Source of the DNA: Eledone cirrhosa
Lineage: Eukaryota
Direction: 5' to 3'
NCBI GenBank assembly: GCA_964016885.1
Contig: OZ024750.1
Coordinates: 9,858,001-9,922,000, forward strand
DNA: 64,000 nt
Positions 15,659-31,153 of the stretch are shown here, piece after piece (position 1 is the stretch's first letter; each line of letters starts with the position of its first letter). The translations under genes were made by a program, and so were the position numbers. The notes under the pieces were generated by a model that was given only the letters and a program-made list of their open reading frames with translations, was not told the origin of the DNA and ran no database searches.

Positions 15659-16391
15659 TATATATATATAATTCTTTTTTTTTTTTCTTTTTAAAATTGA
15701 AATTGTCCATTGTATGCATGTGTATTTCTAGATGTTACAGGCGTGTGTAAGTGATATGGTTTTGTTAGTTATCACTTTGAATATTGGTTTCTAAGCACAA
15801 GCCTTATGAAAACATAAAATGCAAATTAGATGATTTTAAAAATGCACTTCCTACTGTGTGTTTTTATAGCATTTTTGTGATGATAAAGATACTCCTTTTG
15901 CCGGATGATGCTCTTCAACTTGAAAGTTGTTGTGGGTGTTCTTTCAAAGACATTTTTAACTCCAATTCATATGAAAAGTATGCTTTTAGCAGTGTATTTC
16001 TGTTTGGTTGTTTCTTTTGATAAGTGAATTTTTTTTTATGGAGATTGTTCCTTATATTTTTTCAAGAAATGAGATTTGCTCCAAGGCAGTAAATAAAAAA
16101 AAATGTATCAATGTCAACAATAATTTACTATTATAATCTGAGCTAGCTGATTTAATTTGTAATGAAAAGAAGCCTCTTCCCTCCCCACTAACTATAAATA
16201 TTCCTTAGATGTTTATTTTGTTGTTGTTTTTTTTTTTAAACTAAATTAGAAACAAATGTTTTTTAATGTTTTCGGTCTAATGTAAATGTTAAGATTAAAA
16301 CCGTGAAAAGAAAAAACATTAGGTAATCAATGTAAGACCCAGACTAACCACTATAGTTTGGTGCTCATTTATATATTTATAATTTTTCTTA

Positions 16392-17175
16392 ATGGTATTA
16401 CTTAACTTGACAGAAGCTGATCTCTGACTTGCACTTGATAGATTTGATGCTGAGTGCTGCGTGACTGAAATGAAAATTAGTGCTGCGAAAACTGAGGCAC
16501 TTGTCCTCACAAGAAGCTTGCGTAGTGCACTCTACATGTGAATGGAGTTCCACTGAAGCAGGTGGAGAAGATCAAGTATCTCGGGGCCGTGTTCACGAGT
16601 GATGGAAGGCAGAAAACTGAATTAAGTGCAAGAATTGCAAGAGCTGGTGCAGTAATGTGCCAACTTCAGCTTTCGGTAATCAGAAGGGGCAGTAGGTGTA
16701 AAAACCAAACTCGCTATCTTCAATTCAGTATTCATGCCAGCCGTTACCTATGGTCATGAATCTTGAGCAATGACCGAAAGAATACGATTGTGAATATAAG
16801 CGGACAAAATGGAGTTCTTTCAAAGAGTCTTTAGAGTAATTTTACTCAATAGAGTGTGTAGCTTGGAGATGAGAGAGTCGCTCTAGTTAGAGCCGCTACT
16901 TCTCTAAATTGAGAGATCACAACTCTGATACTATGGGCATGTGGTTAGAATGTCTCAGGAAAGAATCACTGGACAGATTTTACGGGCAAAACTAACTGGT
17001 AAGAGACCCAGGGGTAGACCATGAGCAAGATGGTTGGATAACATCCATGATCTTGGTTGGTATCGCATGGGGATCCAGCCGGATCAGTTGGAAACTGTTG
17101 CTTCTGATAGGACCCACTAGAAGGAGTGTTTAAGGACTCTGCTTCCATGACCCTCTCAGGAATAAGTGGACAAAG
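16392..17175 (+). mobile_element. 5'-truncated RTE-clade LINE (RT C-terminal region), decayed
   Basis: MKISAAKTE, NGVPLKQVEKIKYLGAVFTSDG, YGHES, YGHVVRM and GKRPRGRP motifs, with stops. Confidence 0.88.
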
Positions 17176-20100
17176 AAAAAAGACGTATTGTTAGCATATC
17201 AAATGTTTTAAGTTGCTTCTGAGAAAATTGTTTATTTTCTACACTTTTCAAACCTATTTTGATTTTTTTTTTTTTTTCTTTTTCTAATTTGAGTATTATA
17301 ACAGAGATCAAAAGTAAATTTTGGTTAGCATTTGTAGCTGTGCCATTCCATCTTTATAAGTTTTATATATATATATATATATATATATGACTTTAAAGAT
17401 GAAGCCCTTCATTGAGGTAGATTTAGCTGCTATATTAACCATATAGTGACTTAAACTCCTCAATTATTCTGACATGGATGAAGAAAATATAATCCTTTCT
17501 TCAAATCACCTATACTTGTATAACGACCACCTTTATTTCATTATGTTTTTCTCCTTCTTAGCAGTATCTATACTTTCTCCTTAGTCTACTTATTCCCCAT
17601 CTGAAAGAGCTTTGTCAAATCAAATATGTATTAAAATAGTAAATGGATTTAAGTCCTTTAGCTGAATATTACACATTCCATTTTTGCTATTAATGTTTCA
17701 TCTAAAAATGTTAATCTCAAGATTGCTGAAATTCCTAATATAGAAAATTTTACTGATTGCTAAAAATCTATCAATAATGGATATTATTCGTGTATATTTA
17801 AAGAAGTAAATTATTCTGTTCAATTTTTTTTTTTTTTTTTTTTTTTTCAATTGTTTTATATTGGGTTGAATTTTTTTGTTGAAGTTTATTAAACTTAAAC
17901 AGTTTTTAAACTGTTGAACGATTTGTAAGATGAACCTGCCAATATATGTATTTTAACAGCAGTATATCCTAGTCCATGCTAACAATTTAAGAATTCAACT
18001 AAGAAAAGTGTAAATTCTGTGATGTATTAAAGAAGCAACAGTAAATTTACGTGGCTTGTCATTGTGTGAATATAAAGTGGATCGCAAAATATTTTTGTAT
18101 ATTTTCACTCTAGTTAGTATCTCCAACGTAATCTATTTCTTGGTATTTCCAAATTAGACTAGTATTCAATGGAGCTTCTTCTCATTTTTTTTTTTTCTTT
18201 CATTTTATGCTTTTGTTTATTATTTTCTAATCTTTTTATTTGTTATTTTGTGTCTTGTGTTCAATACACTGATGCCTTTCTTAAGGAAACAACCTTCTTA
18301 CCAAATTCTTGCCGTCTTTATTGAGAGAGAAACAATAGTTATTAATAAATATAGAAGATAATATTAAACATATTTGCACAAGAAACCATTCCATATTTAT
18401 CAAGTGACCATTCTCCTTCTTGGTATTCTTTGCTTAAAACAATGTTTATTTCTCTAAATAACCAGAAGTTTATTTAACAAAATGGTTTTGTGAGCCTAGG
18501 CTTCTGGGTGCTTATGAAACGAACTAGCTACTACCGGTTTTAAAAAATACCTTTCAATTCGTCTTTAAAATAGTTTTATCTTTTCCAAGCTACTTTAGCC
18601 AAAAGATCACCATCGAAATACTGATGGCTGGTGAATCTTAGTAGCAATTTTGAAATACTAAAATATTTAGATATCTCTAAAAATATAATATAAAGAAAGC
18701 AAGAAAGAAAAAAAAAACAAAGATAAATGTTCTATTTGAAGGTGCCCCCACTCCCCTCCTCTGCATTCTTTGTGAATATTTGAATATCCAGAACCATATG
18801 GTGCTGCGAATCTCAGGGATACTCTGAACAACAAGAAGGCAGAATGTACTGGTATTATTTGTTGAAGAACATCATCATTATTTGTAAATCAAAGTACTTA
18901 CACATACCAATCCTATTCTATGGTACAAATACATGTTTCTCTGTACATTTGAATCTAAATAAATATTTAAAAAAAGTTTTGACAAATAGATGGTTTTAAC
19001 ATTAGAAAAAGGCTTTACCTCTGCAAATTATAAAAAAAAAACCTTCCTAGTGCCCTTCATGGTGCTAATACCATCTAAACATTTCTCTCCCTTCTAATTC
19101 CTCTCCCTCCGGCACTTCCCTCCATTTAACCTGTTCACATATACTACCAATGCTGCTGGTTGCATAATAGAAGGGAGATGCAGAGCATTTTAATGTTCTT
19201 TCACAAAATGTGTATCTTATAGAACTGCTGAGGAAATAATGCAAACTGTAATAGAAACCTGTCTTGTGAATTCTCCTCACACAATAGATGCACACGGGTA
19301 AAAATTACAAAATGTCTGTACCAAGCATGCTTAATATGTATGCATGTGTGTCAGCTACAATCAATCACTCTCTAGACCCCCCCCCCTATTTTTTTTTTTT
19401 TTGTCTTTTGCAATCAATTGGTTTCATAAATAAATAATTTTCAAAAAATTTTTTTTCAAAAAAAAAAGAAAGGTAAAAAAAACCTAATTGGATTATGTCA
19501 CTAGTTATGGATATATGTTTGTAGCCTATTATGTCTTTGCCTATAAACCTATAAACATTTCTTAACTCAGCACCATACTTTTTTTTTTTTTTATTTTTAT
19601 TTAAAAAAAAAAAATCTTCTATTCATTCTATGTAGCTAGTTGACACTCCTGGAATGATGTTTTTAATGTATCAAATTGTGAGTTATTGAATTAAAAAAAA
19701 CATTTAAATGATTGTTAGCTTTACTGAATAACGAAAATAAATGTTAAGACATTTTAGTGCATTAATCAGAGGATAATAATCATTTCCTCTTGCTGACAAC
19801 CTAGCTGCTCTTAGTATCTACAGTGATATTTTGATATTTGTATATGTAACAGTCTGTCAAATTATATATATATATATATAATATTATATATATGTTTGTG
19901 TGTATAGAGAGATTATTCATACACACACACATACATACATATATATATATACATATATTGTACATACAAATATATATATATACATACATATGCATATGTA
20001 CACATGTGTACATATATATTTCTGCATGTGTATGCATATGTATATATAATATGTATGCACCACATACATACAAACACACATAAACACGAGTTTGTTGCTA

Positions 20101-21289
20101 TATATTTGGTCATTACTTATGATTGACCGTTTGGAATTATGTAGAATAATTCCGAATCAAGCTATGATTGTATTTTAAAATATCTTATATTTTATGTCTC
20201 ACATACAAACACGCAGGTGCATACTCACACAAATATTTCATGTTTTGGTTTAATATCTATAATTTTATCATATCGACTCGTGAACATTTTCATAGATTTC
20301 CAAGCTTTTTCCACACTCCCAAATTCCCCTTGTATATAAATGAAAAAGGAAGAAAAAGAAAGCCTTGTTAATGTCTTGAAATTTTGGAGCCATAACTACA
20401 AATATGTTAATTGTTGTCTTGTTTAACTAGTTATAGAATGCTATTGGTTTGAATTATTTCAATATTAGTAACAGTTTTTGTGTGAAAGAGAAAAGAAAGA
20501 AAAAGAAAAAAATTTGAAACTAACTGTAACTTCAGCTAAATTGCTATCAGCTGGAAAAAATTTGACTTACGATGAGAATATTTGAAATAAATTTTCAGTT
20601 CTTTCTTTTTATCTTAACTGCTCCAGTGTCACCTCCAGCCTGATCTATCTTGTTATGTTTTTATCTAGTCAAAACCATCTTGCCTGCTAAATATGAATCC
20701 ATATTATTAATGAATTCCTGTTCCTCCCCACAGTTGTTAGTTCCAAATATTTCTTCTTTGCTTAAGAAGATTAAATAACTGAACATCCTGTCCACCTCTA
20801 GATGAACTCCTTGATTATTCATTCCTCTTGTCATCTTTGGTCATTTTGATTATATATAATGTATATATATTATATTATGATATACATGTATATGGATATA
20901 TATATATGTGTGTGTGTGTGTATATATATATGCATGCACACAAACACACAGCCACATATAATCCTATGAACAAAAAAAAGCTGATTTGGTTGGGGATACA
21001 AACTTATCAATAGAATGCTTGTGGAACATATTACGCAGGTGTGTTCTAAATATCAACAAAATTAAAACTCTGGAAAAAAATAATTTCTACTTGTATAGAA
21101 AATGACTGTTCTGTTCAGTTTTTTTAAATATTGGTTGGGGATACTAGTCATTGATCTTTGATCCCAATGTGATTGCTTATGATTAGGAAAAGAAAAAAAG
21201 AAAAAAAATCTAATTAAAAATATCAACCGAAGATGTCTTAATGAAACTACTGGTCATACAACTCTTTACCTGCTATATATATATATATG

Positions 21290-21325
<36 letters not shown>

Positions 21326-21828
21326 CATTCCTGCACATTTGTACACCACAGACTTTGTTTTTGTTTACGAAGCTATTTGATGCATTTTATATCAAGTGAT
21401 GATGTAGTGAATGCAAGGCTGCTGGTTTAATTAATATTTGCTTGTGCTTCCGAAAGCATTAATGAATCTACCTTACCAGCCACATAAGAGGTAATACTGA
21501 AATTTTATACAATCCTTCAACTTCCATAATGAAACGAAAAACAAACAAACATGCCCACAAAAAAAAAAAGAAAGCTTGTCTATTTGCTGTAAAATCTTTC
21601 TATCAACTGCCCTAATATTATAATCCATGGCTGCTTGTTCCAAACCACCTACTATTAATTTTGGGCTCATTTTGGTGATACCTCTTTATAACCTTCTGGG
21701 GAAGGGGATGCAAATGTGTTAAAAGAATATTAAGCAATATAATTAGCAAGCTATTGATTTGGTTGTGTCATTCACTAGTATGTTTGTGTATGTGAGTGGT
21801 GTGTGTGTGTGTATATATATATACACAC

Positions 21829-21863
<35 letters not shown>

Positions 21864-22884
21864 GTGTGTAAGCTACATACATATATATTTTTTCTGTATG
21901 TATATATAGAACCACACCAATACAAGTGTAGATTCATATATATATAGGTATGTGTATACATGTATGCGTATATATATATATATATATGTATGCATATATA
22001 TCCATCCATGTCTGTGCCCATATATATATATATAAATACACACACACACACATATATGTACATCGGATAGAATGCTTAGCGGTATTCATTCCAGCTCACT
22101 GCTCTCTGAATTTAAAACCCGCCGAGGTCAACTTTGCCCTTCATCCTTTCGAGGTTGATAAAAAAAAGTACCAGTCTAGTACTGGAGTCGATTCTTCCTC
22201 TATATCTCTTACTCGCTTCCTCTCTCACTATCTATCCTCCTCTGGAAGAAATCTGCTGTGTTCAGACCTGGAGAGGAGATGGGCTCCACCAGGCTTTAAA
22301 AAATGCTCCAGAAACACTATGTCAATACAGTGCCCCCCTACAACTCCCTCGGGAGTTACAGGAGTTCAAGAGGATACATACATAAATATATTATGATATT
22401 CATTTTGTGAATATACTAGTCTTAATTAAACTGACATTGCTTAGGTGTATGTAAACTCAGTTTTTAAGACTATTATTATTACCATACTCTGGTATTACTT
22501 CTACAAGATGAAAAAAGAAAATATTCCCAATTGTTTATTGACTTGGAAAAGAAGTTCTTGTCTATTTACTTTTAATAATGGAGAAGGTAGCTTGATTCAC
22601 AATTCCTGCCATACTTTCGGTGATAGACTATAAAATTATTTTGGTTTTTTGGAGGGGTTTTATTTTATTTATTTATTTATTTATTTTTGTTTTACTACTA
22701 TTCTACCAACTTTGATATTAGTTGACCAATTGAGATATAACTATCTGCTGATGTTGGGCTGCACTCCCCCACCCACCTTTCTGTTCTTTTGTAATTTATT
22801 CACAATTTTATTTGTAATTTGTGTGGTTATTTTTTTTTTTTTTTTTTTTGGTAAATTTCTTTCTCTTTGCCCTTTTATTACACA

Positions 22885-22975
22885 CACACATCCATATATA
22901 AACAAAATCACACTCACACATCCATATATAAACAAAATCACACTCACACATCCATATATAAACAAAATCACCCAC
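22885..22975. repeat. 30-bp tandem repeat x3
   Basis: cacacatccatatataaacaaaatcacact. Confidence 0.9.
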
Positions 22976-24254
22976 ACACACACACATATATATAGTCATA
23001 CACAAATTTGTTATGTCACTCAGGATAACAAACACTATTTTTTGTTATATAAAAACAAACTAACCCCACCACTCCGGCCTGCTTATTGATATTATACTTT
23101 TTTTCTTTTTGTCACTTTTATTATTATTAAACGTTTTTGTTTTTTGATTTCCATTAATTATTTTAATTATTAATCAAGCATGACATTATTCCCCTAATCT
23201 ATGTTGCTGGCTCTTTTTTTCTTCTTTTTTTTTTTGTGGTTCTGTTTTATCAATATACTCTGCAACTGCAAAAGAAGAAATCCAATTGTGAATAGATCCA
23301 TACGTCTATAGATCAATCAACTGCTGTGCTAATTTTATTGATTTTATTGATTTTTTTTTTGATTTTTTTTTTTTTTTTTTTTAAATATTATATGTATATG
23401 GAATATGAGCATTAATCCCGTGCCGAGGTCAACTTTGCCTTTCATCCTTCTAGGAGTAGATAAAATAAAGTACCGGTCAATAAGTTCTGGGGTCAGTTTA
23501 AATGACTAAAACCTCTTTCTCTCTCTCACCCCTACATACAAATTTCTGGCCTTGTGCCTATGTTAGAAAGTATTTCCTTTGTTTTCTTTTTTAATCTGTG
23601 GGTGTGTGGGGGGGAATCCATTCAAATAACAGTACCACCCCCTCCTCTCCTCTCTTATAAATAAAATTTATCAAGAAATGGTGCAAAAGCAAAGATGTCA
23701 GGAAGAAAACTAAAAAAAATCGAAGTCAAAACTAAAATCTAGAGGGATTTTATTACGTATTATGACAAAAAAATAACGAAGAAAAACCAAGAAACTAATG
23801 AAATAATTAAGAGAGCCAGTCAACGAAGTTTTCTTCATCATTTTCATTTATAAAACTCACGGGAAAACTATTTTAATATTTTTTAATCTTGTCCATAACT
23901 GGTTTCGGGACCTTTTGTGTTGAGGGACAGGTCAATGTAAATATTAACTTCTGCTTTCTAGATAATGTTTTGATTCTAATGCTAAATAGGAGGAATCAAC
24001 TTGTCATCTTCTGGTCAAAACATAACACACTTCAACAACTTAATCAGTTGACCCTCACATATTATTATTATTATTTATTTTATTATTATTATTATTATTA
24101 TTACTATTAATTTTTTTTTAAAGATCATTTTCGTCAATGATTCTTAGTTTATGTCATAAAATAATGTGATGCCTGCTTGTTTTATTGGAAAATAGCCATA
24201 TATATATATGTATATATATGTGTGTGTGTGTTTGTGTGTGGTGTATATATGTAT

Positions 24255-24285
<31 letters not shown>

Positions 24286-25640
24286 AGCATTATACAATGT
24301 CAAATCATAATTTTTATTTATTTTCAATTATTTTATAAATCAAAAAAACACCCTTCAGTTTAGTTAACCCCATTGTCTTAAAAATTCTGAATATTGAATG
24401 AACTATCAATTCTCAAGTAATATTTTGGTTGGTTATTCCAACATTAGATATTAAACAAACAACAACAAAAAACAGAAAAATATTTCAAAAAAAAATTAAA
24501 ACAAACAAAAACAAAACCCAACAACAACAAAAAAAAATTGTATCAACAAAAGAAAGGCTGCTCAGCTTTTAGGACTTATAATTGGAAGTTAGTTGGATGT
24601 TTCTTGCCTTTCTGAAAGATGGTTGTGAAAATGGCTTAGTACATGTATGTGCTCTAGTATTAATACACTAATTTGTTGACTTTTTATTAAAAACAAAAAA
24701 AATTGAAAAAAAAAACCCCAAAAAAACTATTGTTTAAATCCTAACACTATTTGTTTACAAAAACAAAATGCCTCTCAGCTTTATTGACACTGGAATAACA
24801 TCCAAAAAAAAGTTATATGATTGAACAACAGGATAAAAAAAAGAAAATGAGAAAAAAAAAGTTGTGATATATTTGCTTTAACCAAACCTGCTTAAAACTG
24901 GATAAGGCATTTTAATATTTATCACATTCCATGTGGCCATTGCTCTCTTATGTTGCCAACAACTAGGACTTCAAGTGATATGTTATTATGATGCTATATA
25001 AACCTTTTTTGTCTGAGAGCAACTGGTGTACTGAATTACGTAAACACATGTCTTATGTAGATGTGTTTCTCTGTGTGTTTATATATATATAGGTAGATGT
25101 ATAGATATACATATATATATATACATACATAGATTATATGTATAGATATACATATATATATATATATATACAAACATAGATTATATATATATATATATAT
25201 AATGCAATGTGTGCGATTTGTGGGTTTGATATGTATGGGTGTGCATGTGTGTTTTTTTTCTTTGTAATTGTGCTGCAATCTGATAAGATGGAATTTCTTT
25301 CTAGAAAGCAGTAACACCTTGGCTGTCAAATGATCCCTAGCCCTTCCTACTAGAAACTCCACCCCATTTCTTTTCTCTTGTTGGTTATACTTGTAACATA
25401 TCCTATTTGATTGTGTTGTAATGTACCTTTTTGCCTTTACAAAAAAAAATATATATCCCTATATATATATAAATACATATTTTTAGTTTCAGTTTATTAA
25501 GCATGGCTTAATTTTTTTTGTATTCAATTCATGTTATCATGTATTTTTTAAACATTAACAATATTTTAGAACATTTAGAGAAGAAAAACTGAAAGGAAAA
25601 TATTTATTTGCTCTTCAGTAATGTAGTTCCTAAATGTATT

Positions 25641-25672
<32 letters not shown>

Positions 25673-25875
25673 GGACATGATGGTTGAGTGGTAGTAATGT
25701 CCCAAATGTCTTGATTCATAGATTCATGGGCTATAATATCTTTCTATGGCATTGCACATAATTCTTTGTGTTGTTTTTTTTTGGCAAGATGCTCCGCCTT
25801 GCCAAAAAAAAAAAAAAAAAATAACAACCAAAAAATGGCTCCATGCATAATTAAGAAATTAGCATTATATTAAGT

Positions 25876-25914
<39 letters not shown>

Positions 25915-27752
25915 AGTTTAGTTTTCGTTATTATTATTTTATCTCTCCATTCTAAATTAAATGTCTTTTGACCTTTCACATGTAAATGTGTACACTGATA
26001 GCTTTCCATATAATTTTTCATTCATTTTATTTATTTATTTATTTATTGTTGGTATTATCATTATTACTACTACTATTATTATTATTATTATTATAGTTAA
26101 GATTATTATTGTCCAAGTCTCAATATTTATTGTGTATTGATGATTAAAAGTAAAATCATTAGGTAAATGTGTAAACACAGCTATATAGTGTATTGATGAA
26201 GCAGTTAGTTGCTTGTGTGTGCATTTATATATATATATATATATTATATATATATATATACATAACATATCACATACACACACAGTCTGGGGTAGCACAC
26301 AAGAAGAAAGACAAACACTGTCACAAAGATTTTTGTTTACATTTGAAAGTGTGTTTGAAAAGGTCTCACCTTTTCTATTGAGACGTGTGTAAAAAGATAG
26401 CAACAATTGCACCTGTGTAATGTATACCTGTATATATAGATATATATATATATATATATATATATAATCGTGTTTTTAAGTTCAGGGAAGAAGCTGTCAA
26501 TTCAATGTCTCACCTTTGTATGATTACCATTTTTTTTACATTTATCATCTCTGTCATTTTTAAAGAAATTTCTATGTATCAGTGTCATTTTTTTAAAAAT
26601 CTATATATTTGTTTGTTTGTTTTTTCTTTCATTTCTTGTAAAATAATCTATTTTCTTTTGTTTGTTCATTTCTCTTATGTTGTTTTTGTTGTTTTTTTTG
26701 TTTTTGTTTTTTTTTTTGTTTTCTTCCTACATTTTTTTTCCCTGAGGAAAAGTCTTCCTTCATTGATTAATCATGACTGAAAATAACTCTGCATTTTAAA
26801 TTGTGTGTGTGTGTGTATGTGTATATCTTTCTTTCTCTCTCTCTCTGTGTTTGTGTATTTATATCATTAATTTCTCTCTCTCTCGTGTGTGTGCGTATAT
26901 ATATATAACTTACCCTTTCTATTTCTCTCCAACACACACACATATGTATTCATATATATACATATATACACACATACATGTATATGCTTACTGAAATGTT
27001 TATAGTTTCTTCTCCCACAGTCCGACCAAATAAAATATGACCTGTTACAGTTGAGAACTCCCAATCTTTATAATACTGTGACCAGGTATTCTACATATCA
27101 TATCATATCATAATCTGTTGAAATACTTTTGATTTGTGGTTTATCCATACTGCCTTTTCCTCTAACTGTTTCTTCTATATAAATTTAAACACATACACAC
27201 AAACATATACACACACACCAACATATACACACATACCTGTATAAACTAAAAGTCCATCTTTTCAACAACGAAAGTTGGCTTTATTGTATGTTATAGACGT
27301 ATTTAGTAATTGGGGGTCTCTTGACAATTCCGTTAGGCTTGTATCTTCTCTAACCATTGTACATATGTCATACGACAACAAGATGAAGAAGGCTTGTATC
27401 TAGCTATCAAGTGCTGATATAAGTTTTAAAATAACTAAATACAAGACTCAAGATTTATAAGCTTTATGATCCTTATATATGACATCTAGCTTCAAACAAT
27501 ATTAGGTTCTCATTTCCACTACTACTACTAGTACTATTACTGCTACTATTACTACTACTACTACTACTACCACTACTACTACCTGACTATTATTACTGTT
27601 GCGAGTACTCTTATTATTTTAAAATGGCAAATATTGCCTTTGCAGTGTGTGTGTGTGAGTGAGAGAGGGGGAGAGGTTAATAAATAGAAAGGGGTGAACA
27701 TCGAACAGCTCTATCTGGTCAGCTGTGTAATAGAGAATTGCATTGTTTTTGC

Positions 27753-27793
<41 letters not shown>

Positions 27794-28437
27794 TAGATAT
27801 GAAGGTGTTGGCTGTGGTCTATATGAAATTCAAACTAACAACCAGTCATTTAAGACAAAATATTAAAAAAAAAAATTAATTAAAAAAAATATATAAAAAC
27901 AAAAAAAGCTGTGGTGCCGACTGCTGCTTTTGAAACCAAAAAAAAAGTACAATAGTACCCCAAAAAAATTTAAATAAATAAATAAAAATCATATATACAC
28001 TTAATAATAATTACAAAAACCAAAAAAAAAAAAGAAAAATATGAATAACTTTTTTTTTTATTTTTTAATACATTAATGTAATTGTATGTTAAAAGTCTTT
28101 CAAGAAATCCCAAATGTCTTTGTCATATATCGTATGCAGAGTTGGTGAATGATAGCTCTTCCTGCCCCACACTCCCGCCCTTTCCCTAAATATCTTCACT
28201 CCATTTTATTTTTTTTTTTTTTTTTTTTTTCCATTAAAATGGAAGTGTGGCCCAAATGGAGAAAAGAACCCAAAACTGGTGTAGTGAATATGATTTAAAT
28301 TAATAAACTAAAATAAAGAATGAAAAACTTTTTAAAAAAATTACAGAAATTGACCTCAATATAAATATATAGTAATTCACGTTATGACAAAGACAGAAAA
28401 ATGCAAATATGTATTTATAAATATATGTATATGTAAA

Positions 28438-28475
<38 letters not shown>

Positions 28476-28564
28476 GCGTAATGGTAGCGTACTTGTCCAG
28501 CAAATGAGAGGTGTGGGTTTGACTCCCATGTGTGCAGATATCCATATATATGTGTGTGTATATC

Positions 28565-28604
<40 letters not shown>

Positions 28605-30746
28605 TGCATGAATGCGTGTATATATATTTATGTATATTCGTATATATAATATACTCATACAAAACATACACCATAAGTGTGAAGTAATTTTTAACTGTTG
28701 AAAAGAAGATATCGCAAAATTCATTAAAATTCTATAAAAACAAAAAAAAAAGCATCCATCCCCTGCCCCCTAAAAATATTGTGAATTGCTATTTGTAATT
28801 TCATTTGAAAATGTGCAAAGTTCTGATAAATCTGTACTTTTAGACATGTCCTGGCGTTGGAAGGCTGAGCAGGCCTGTGATAAAAACTGCAAGTCTTTTG
28901 TGTGTGTCTCTTATGTGTATTGTTGGCATTTGGAAATGAAATTTAATTCATGAAACTCCACCACCGCCACCACTACTAATCACTCAATTTTTACCTTATT
29001 CTTATTGAAATTCTTAAAAATTCACCTTAAATTCAGAGTTGGAAAATTGTTTCGAAAGAAAAAAATCATTCAATAAGATAATACTTTTTATTCTTTCATT
29101 TAAAAAGATGAAACATCCCTCTATCACCTTTATTTGGCTTGAAGGAAGAAAAAATAAAAAATCTTAAATATTTTAACTTGTGGATATGACGATACTCACT
29201 GGGGCAGCCATTTATCTCATCCTAAATCTTTTGCTATAATGTAAAAAAAATGTCCTCCTTGATCCATGTGGCCATTGAAGAAAGCTCCTCCCCTCCTTGC
29301 TACTCCTCCTCTCCTCTTTTTAGGTCTTTTCTATATATTCCAGCCAAAAAAAAAATAATATATAAATAAATAATAAAAATAAAAAATAATAATAATATTG
29401 AAGACTGTACGATATTGTCTGTAATATCAGTAATGGCCTTAATTTTACCTGCTTGCTTGTTTATGCAGTATTACCAAATAATGATGATATTGACAATAAT
29501 AATGATAGTAAGAACTGAAATGAATAATAACAATAATAATAATAATGGTTTCTGATTATCAGACTGATGACTATCTTCCCATTTTAATTTTATTCCTTTT
29601 AAAACTATATTTTACTCCCTACGTATTTTCAACCCTTATTTATCTAAAAAAAAAAAAAAAAAAATTTGTGTTCCTACCATAATTGTGAAGAATTGAAAAT
29701 AATGCAAAAAAAATCAGAATAAAACCAAAACTACATCAAATATCTCATGGTAAATTAATTTTCATAACAATACATTTGTTTTTTTTGTTTTTTTTGTTTT
29801 TTTTGAAAAGTCTGATAAATAAATAAATAAAATGAAAGAAAGAAAATCTGTGATTCCACCCTTCATATCCCTCACTTCATTTCTTTCTGATATACTCCCT
29901 ATACCCCCCCCCCCCCCCATACCATTATTACATATTGGAATGGAAAGTAAAAGATTAAAACAAATTTAACAAAAAATATATATAAAGACTTCTCTCCATT
30001 GTCTGCTTTTGATCAATCATAGCCTTTCAACCTTCAAAATCTTTATATATATATATATATATACATACACATACACACACACACCATCTATTGTTAGTGT
30101 TGGTGTTAGAACTGAGAACCACTCTTAAACTCATTCCTTCTTCACATACTCCTCCTTCAGTGGTAGCCATCTGCTGTTATTACAGACAGTACTGAACTGG
30201 CCATTATTGTGTGTGTATGTATAATACACACATCTGTATCTATGTATAACTATAGGTGTGTATTCTGCATATAGATATATACGTATATATGTGTGTGTGT
30301 TACTATATACACACACACATACATAGACATATATATATAGGCAATATACATTAAAATTGTTTGCTTATATGGCAGCACCCTCATTTACATTTTTACAATT
30401 TTACTTTAACTTCGTAAATATTGCAGGTGAGAAAGATAAATGATAAATGTTAAAACCTACCAAAAAAACTCACCACCATACCACCCTATAAAAACCTTAT
30501 TTGTCAAAGCACAGTACATCCACTATAGGGTAGATTGGGCAGCTTCCTCTTCTCTCCTCCTTCCCCCATTTTAGTTATTATTATTATTATTATCATCATT
30601 ATTATTATTATCATCATTATTATTCATGGTTTGGGAAATACATCAAGAGTTTCTTTTCTTGAAACAAGAATTAGGTATATCTTGGAGAACATGCATAGAA
30701 ATTATTATTATTATTGTCATTACCATTATTGTAATTATTATTATTA

Positions 30747-30784
<38 letters not shown>

Positions 30785-30873
30785 ATTTTTGTTCTTTTTC
30801 TTTTTATTGGTTCATTGAATAGAGAAATGCTGAAATTGTATATTGTGCTGTAGTGTGCTTCAGACTAAAAGAA

Positions 30874-30915
30874 AATAAAGGCTTTTTATCTCCCTAAAAT
30901 TGTTTGTTTTTTTTC
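30874..30915 (+). terminator. Candidate cleavage/polyadenylation signal of an upstream + strand transcript
   Basis: AATAAA at 30874-30879 with a TGTA upstream and a GT/T-rich tract (tgtttgttttttt) ~22 nt downstream, at the boundary where repeat content changes. Confidence 0.35.
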
Positions 30916-31153
30916 TTTGCTTAAATATCTGCATGTGATCCTCCCTGTACTTGTGTGGTAAATAACTTCATCTGAGACCATTTCTTGAATATGAAGAAGC
31001 AATTATTCAGCTAGACAGAAATGTTGCCACCATTTTTCAAAGGGAAGTATTTTGGAAATGTTGAAGATTGCACATGCACACATATATAAGAAGTACATTG
31101 GTCTGTACTGTGTGCATTTCTTATTTATGTTACATTGTCAAAGAGGAAGCAAC

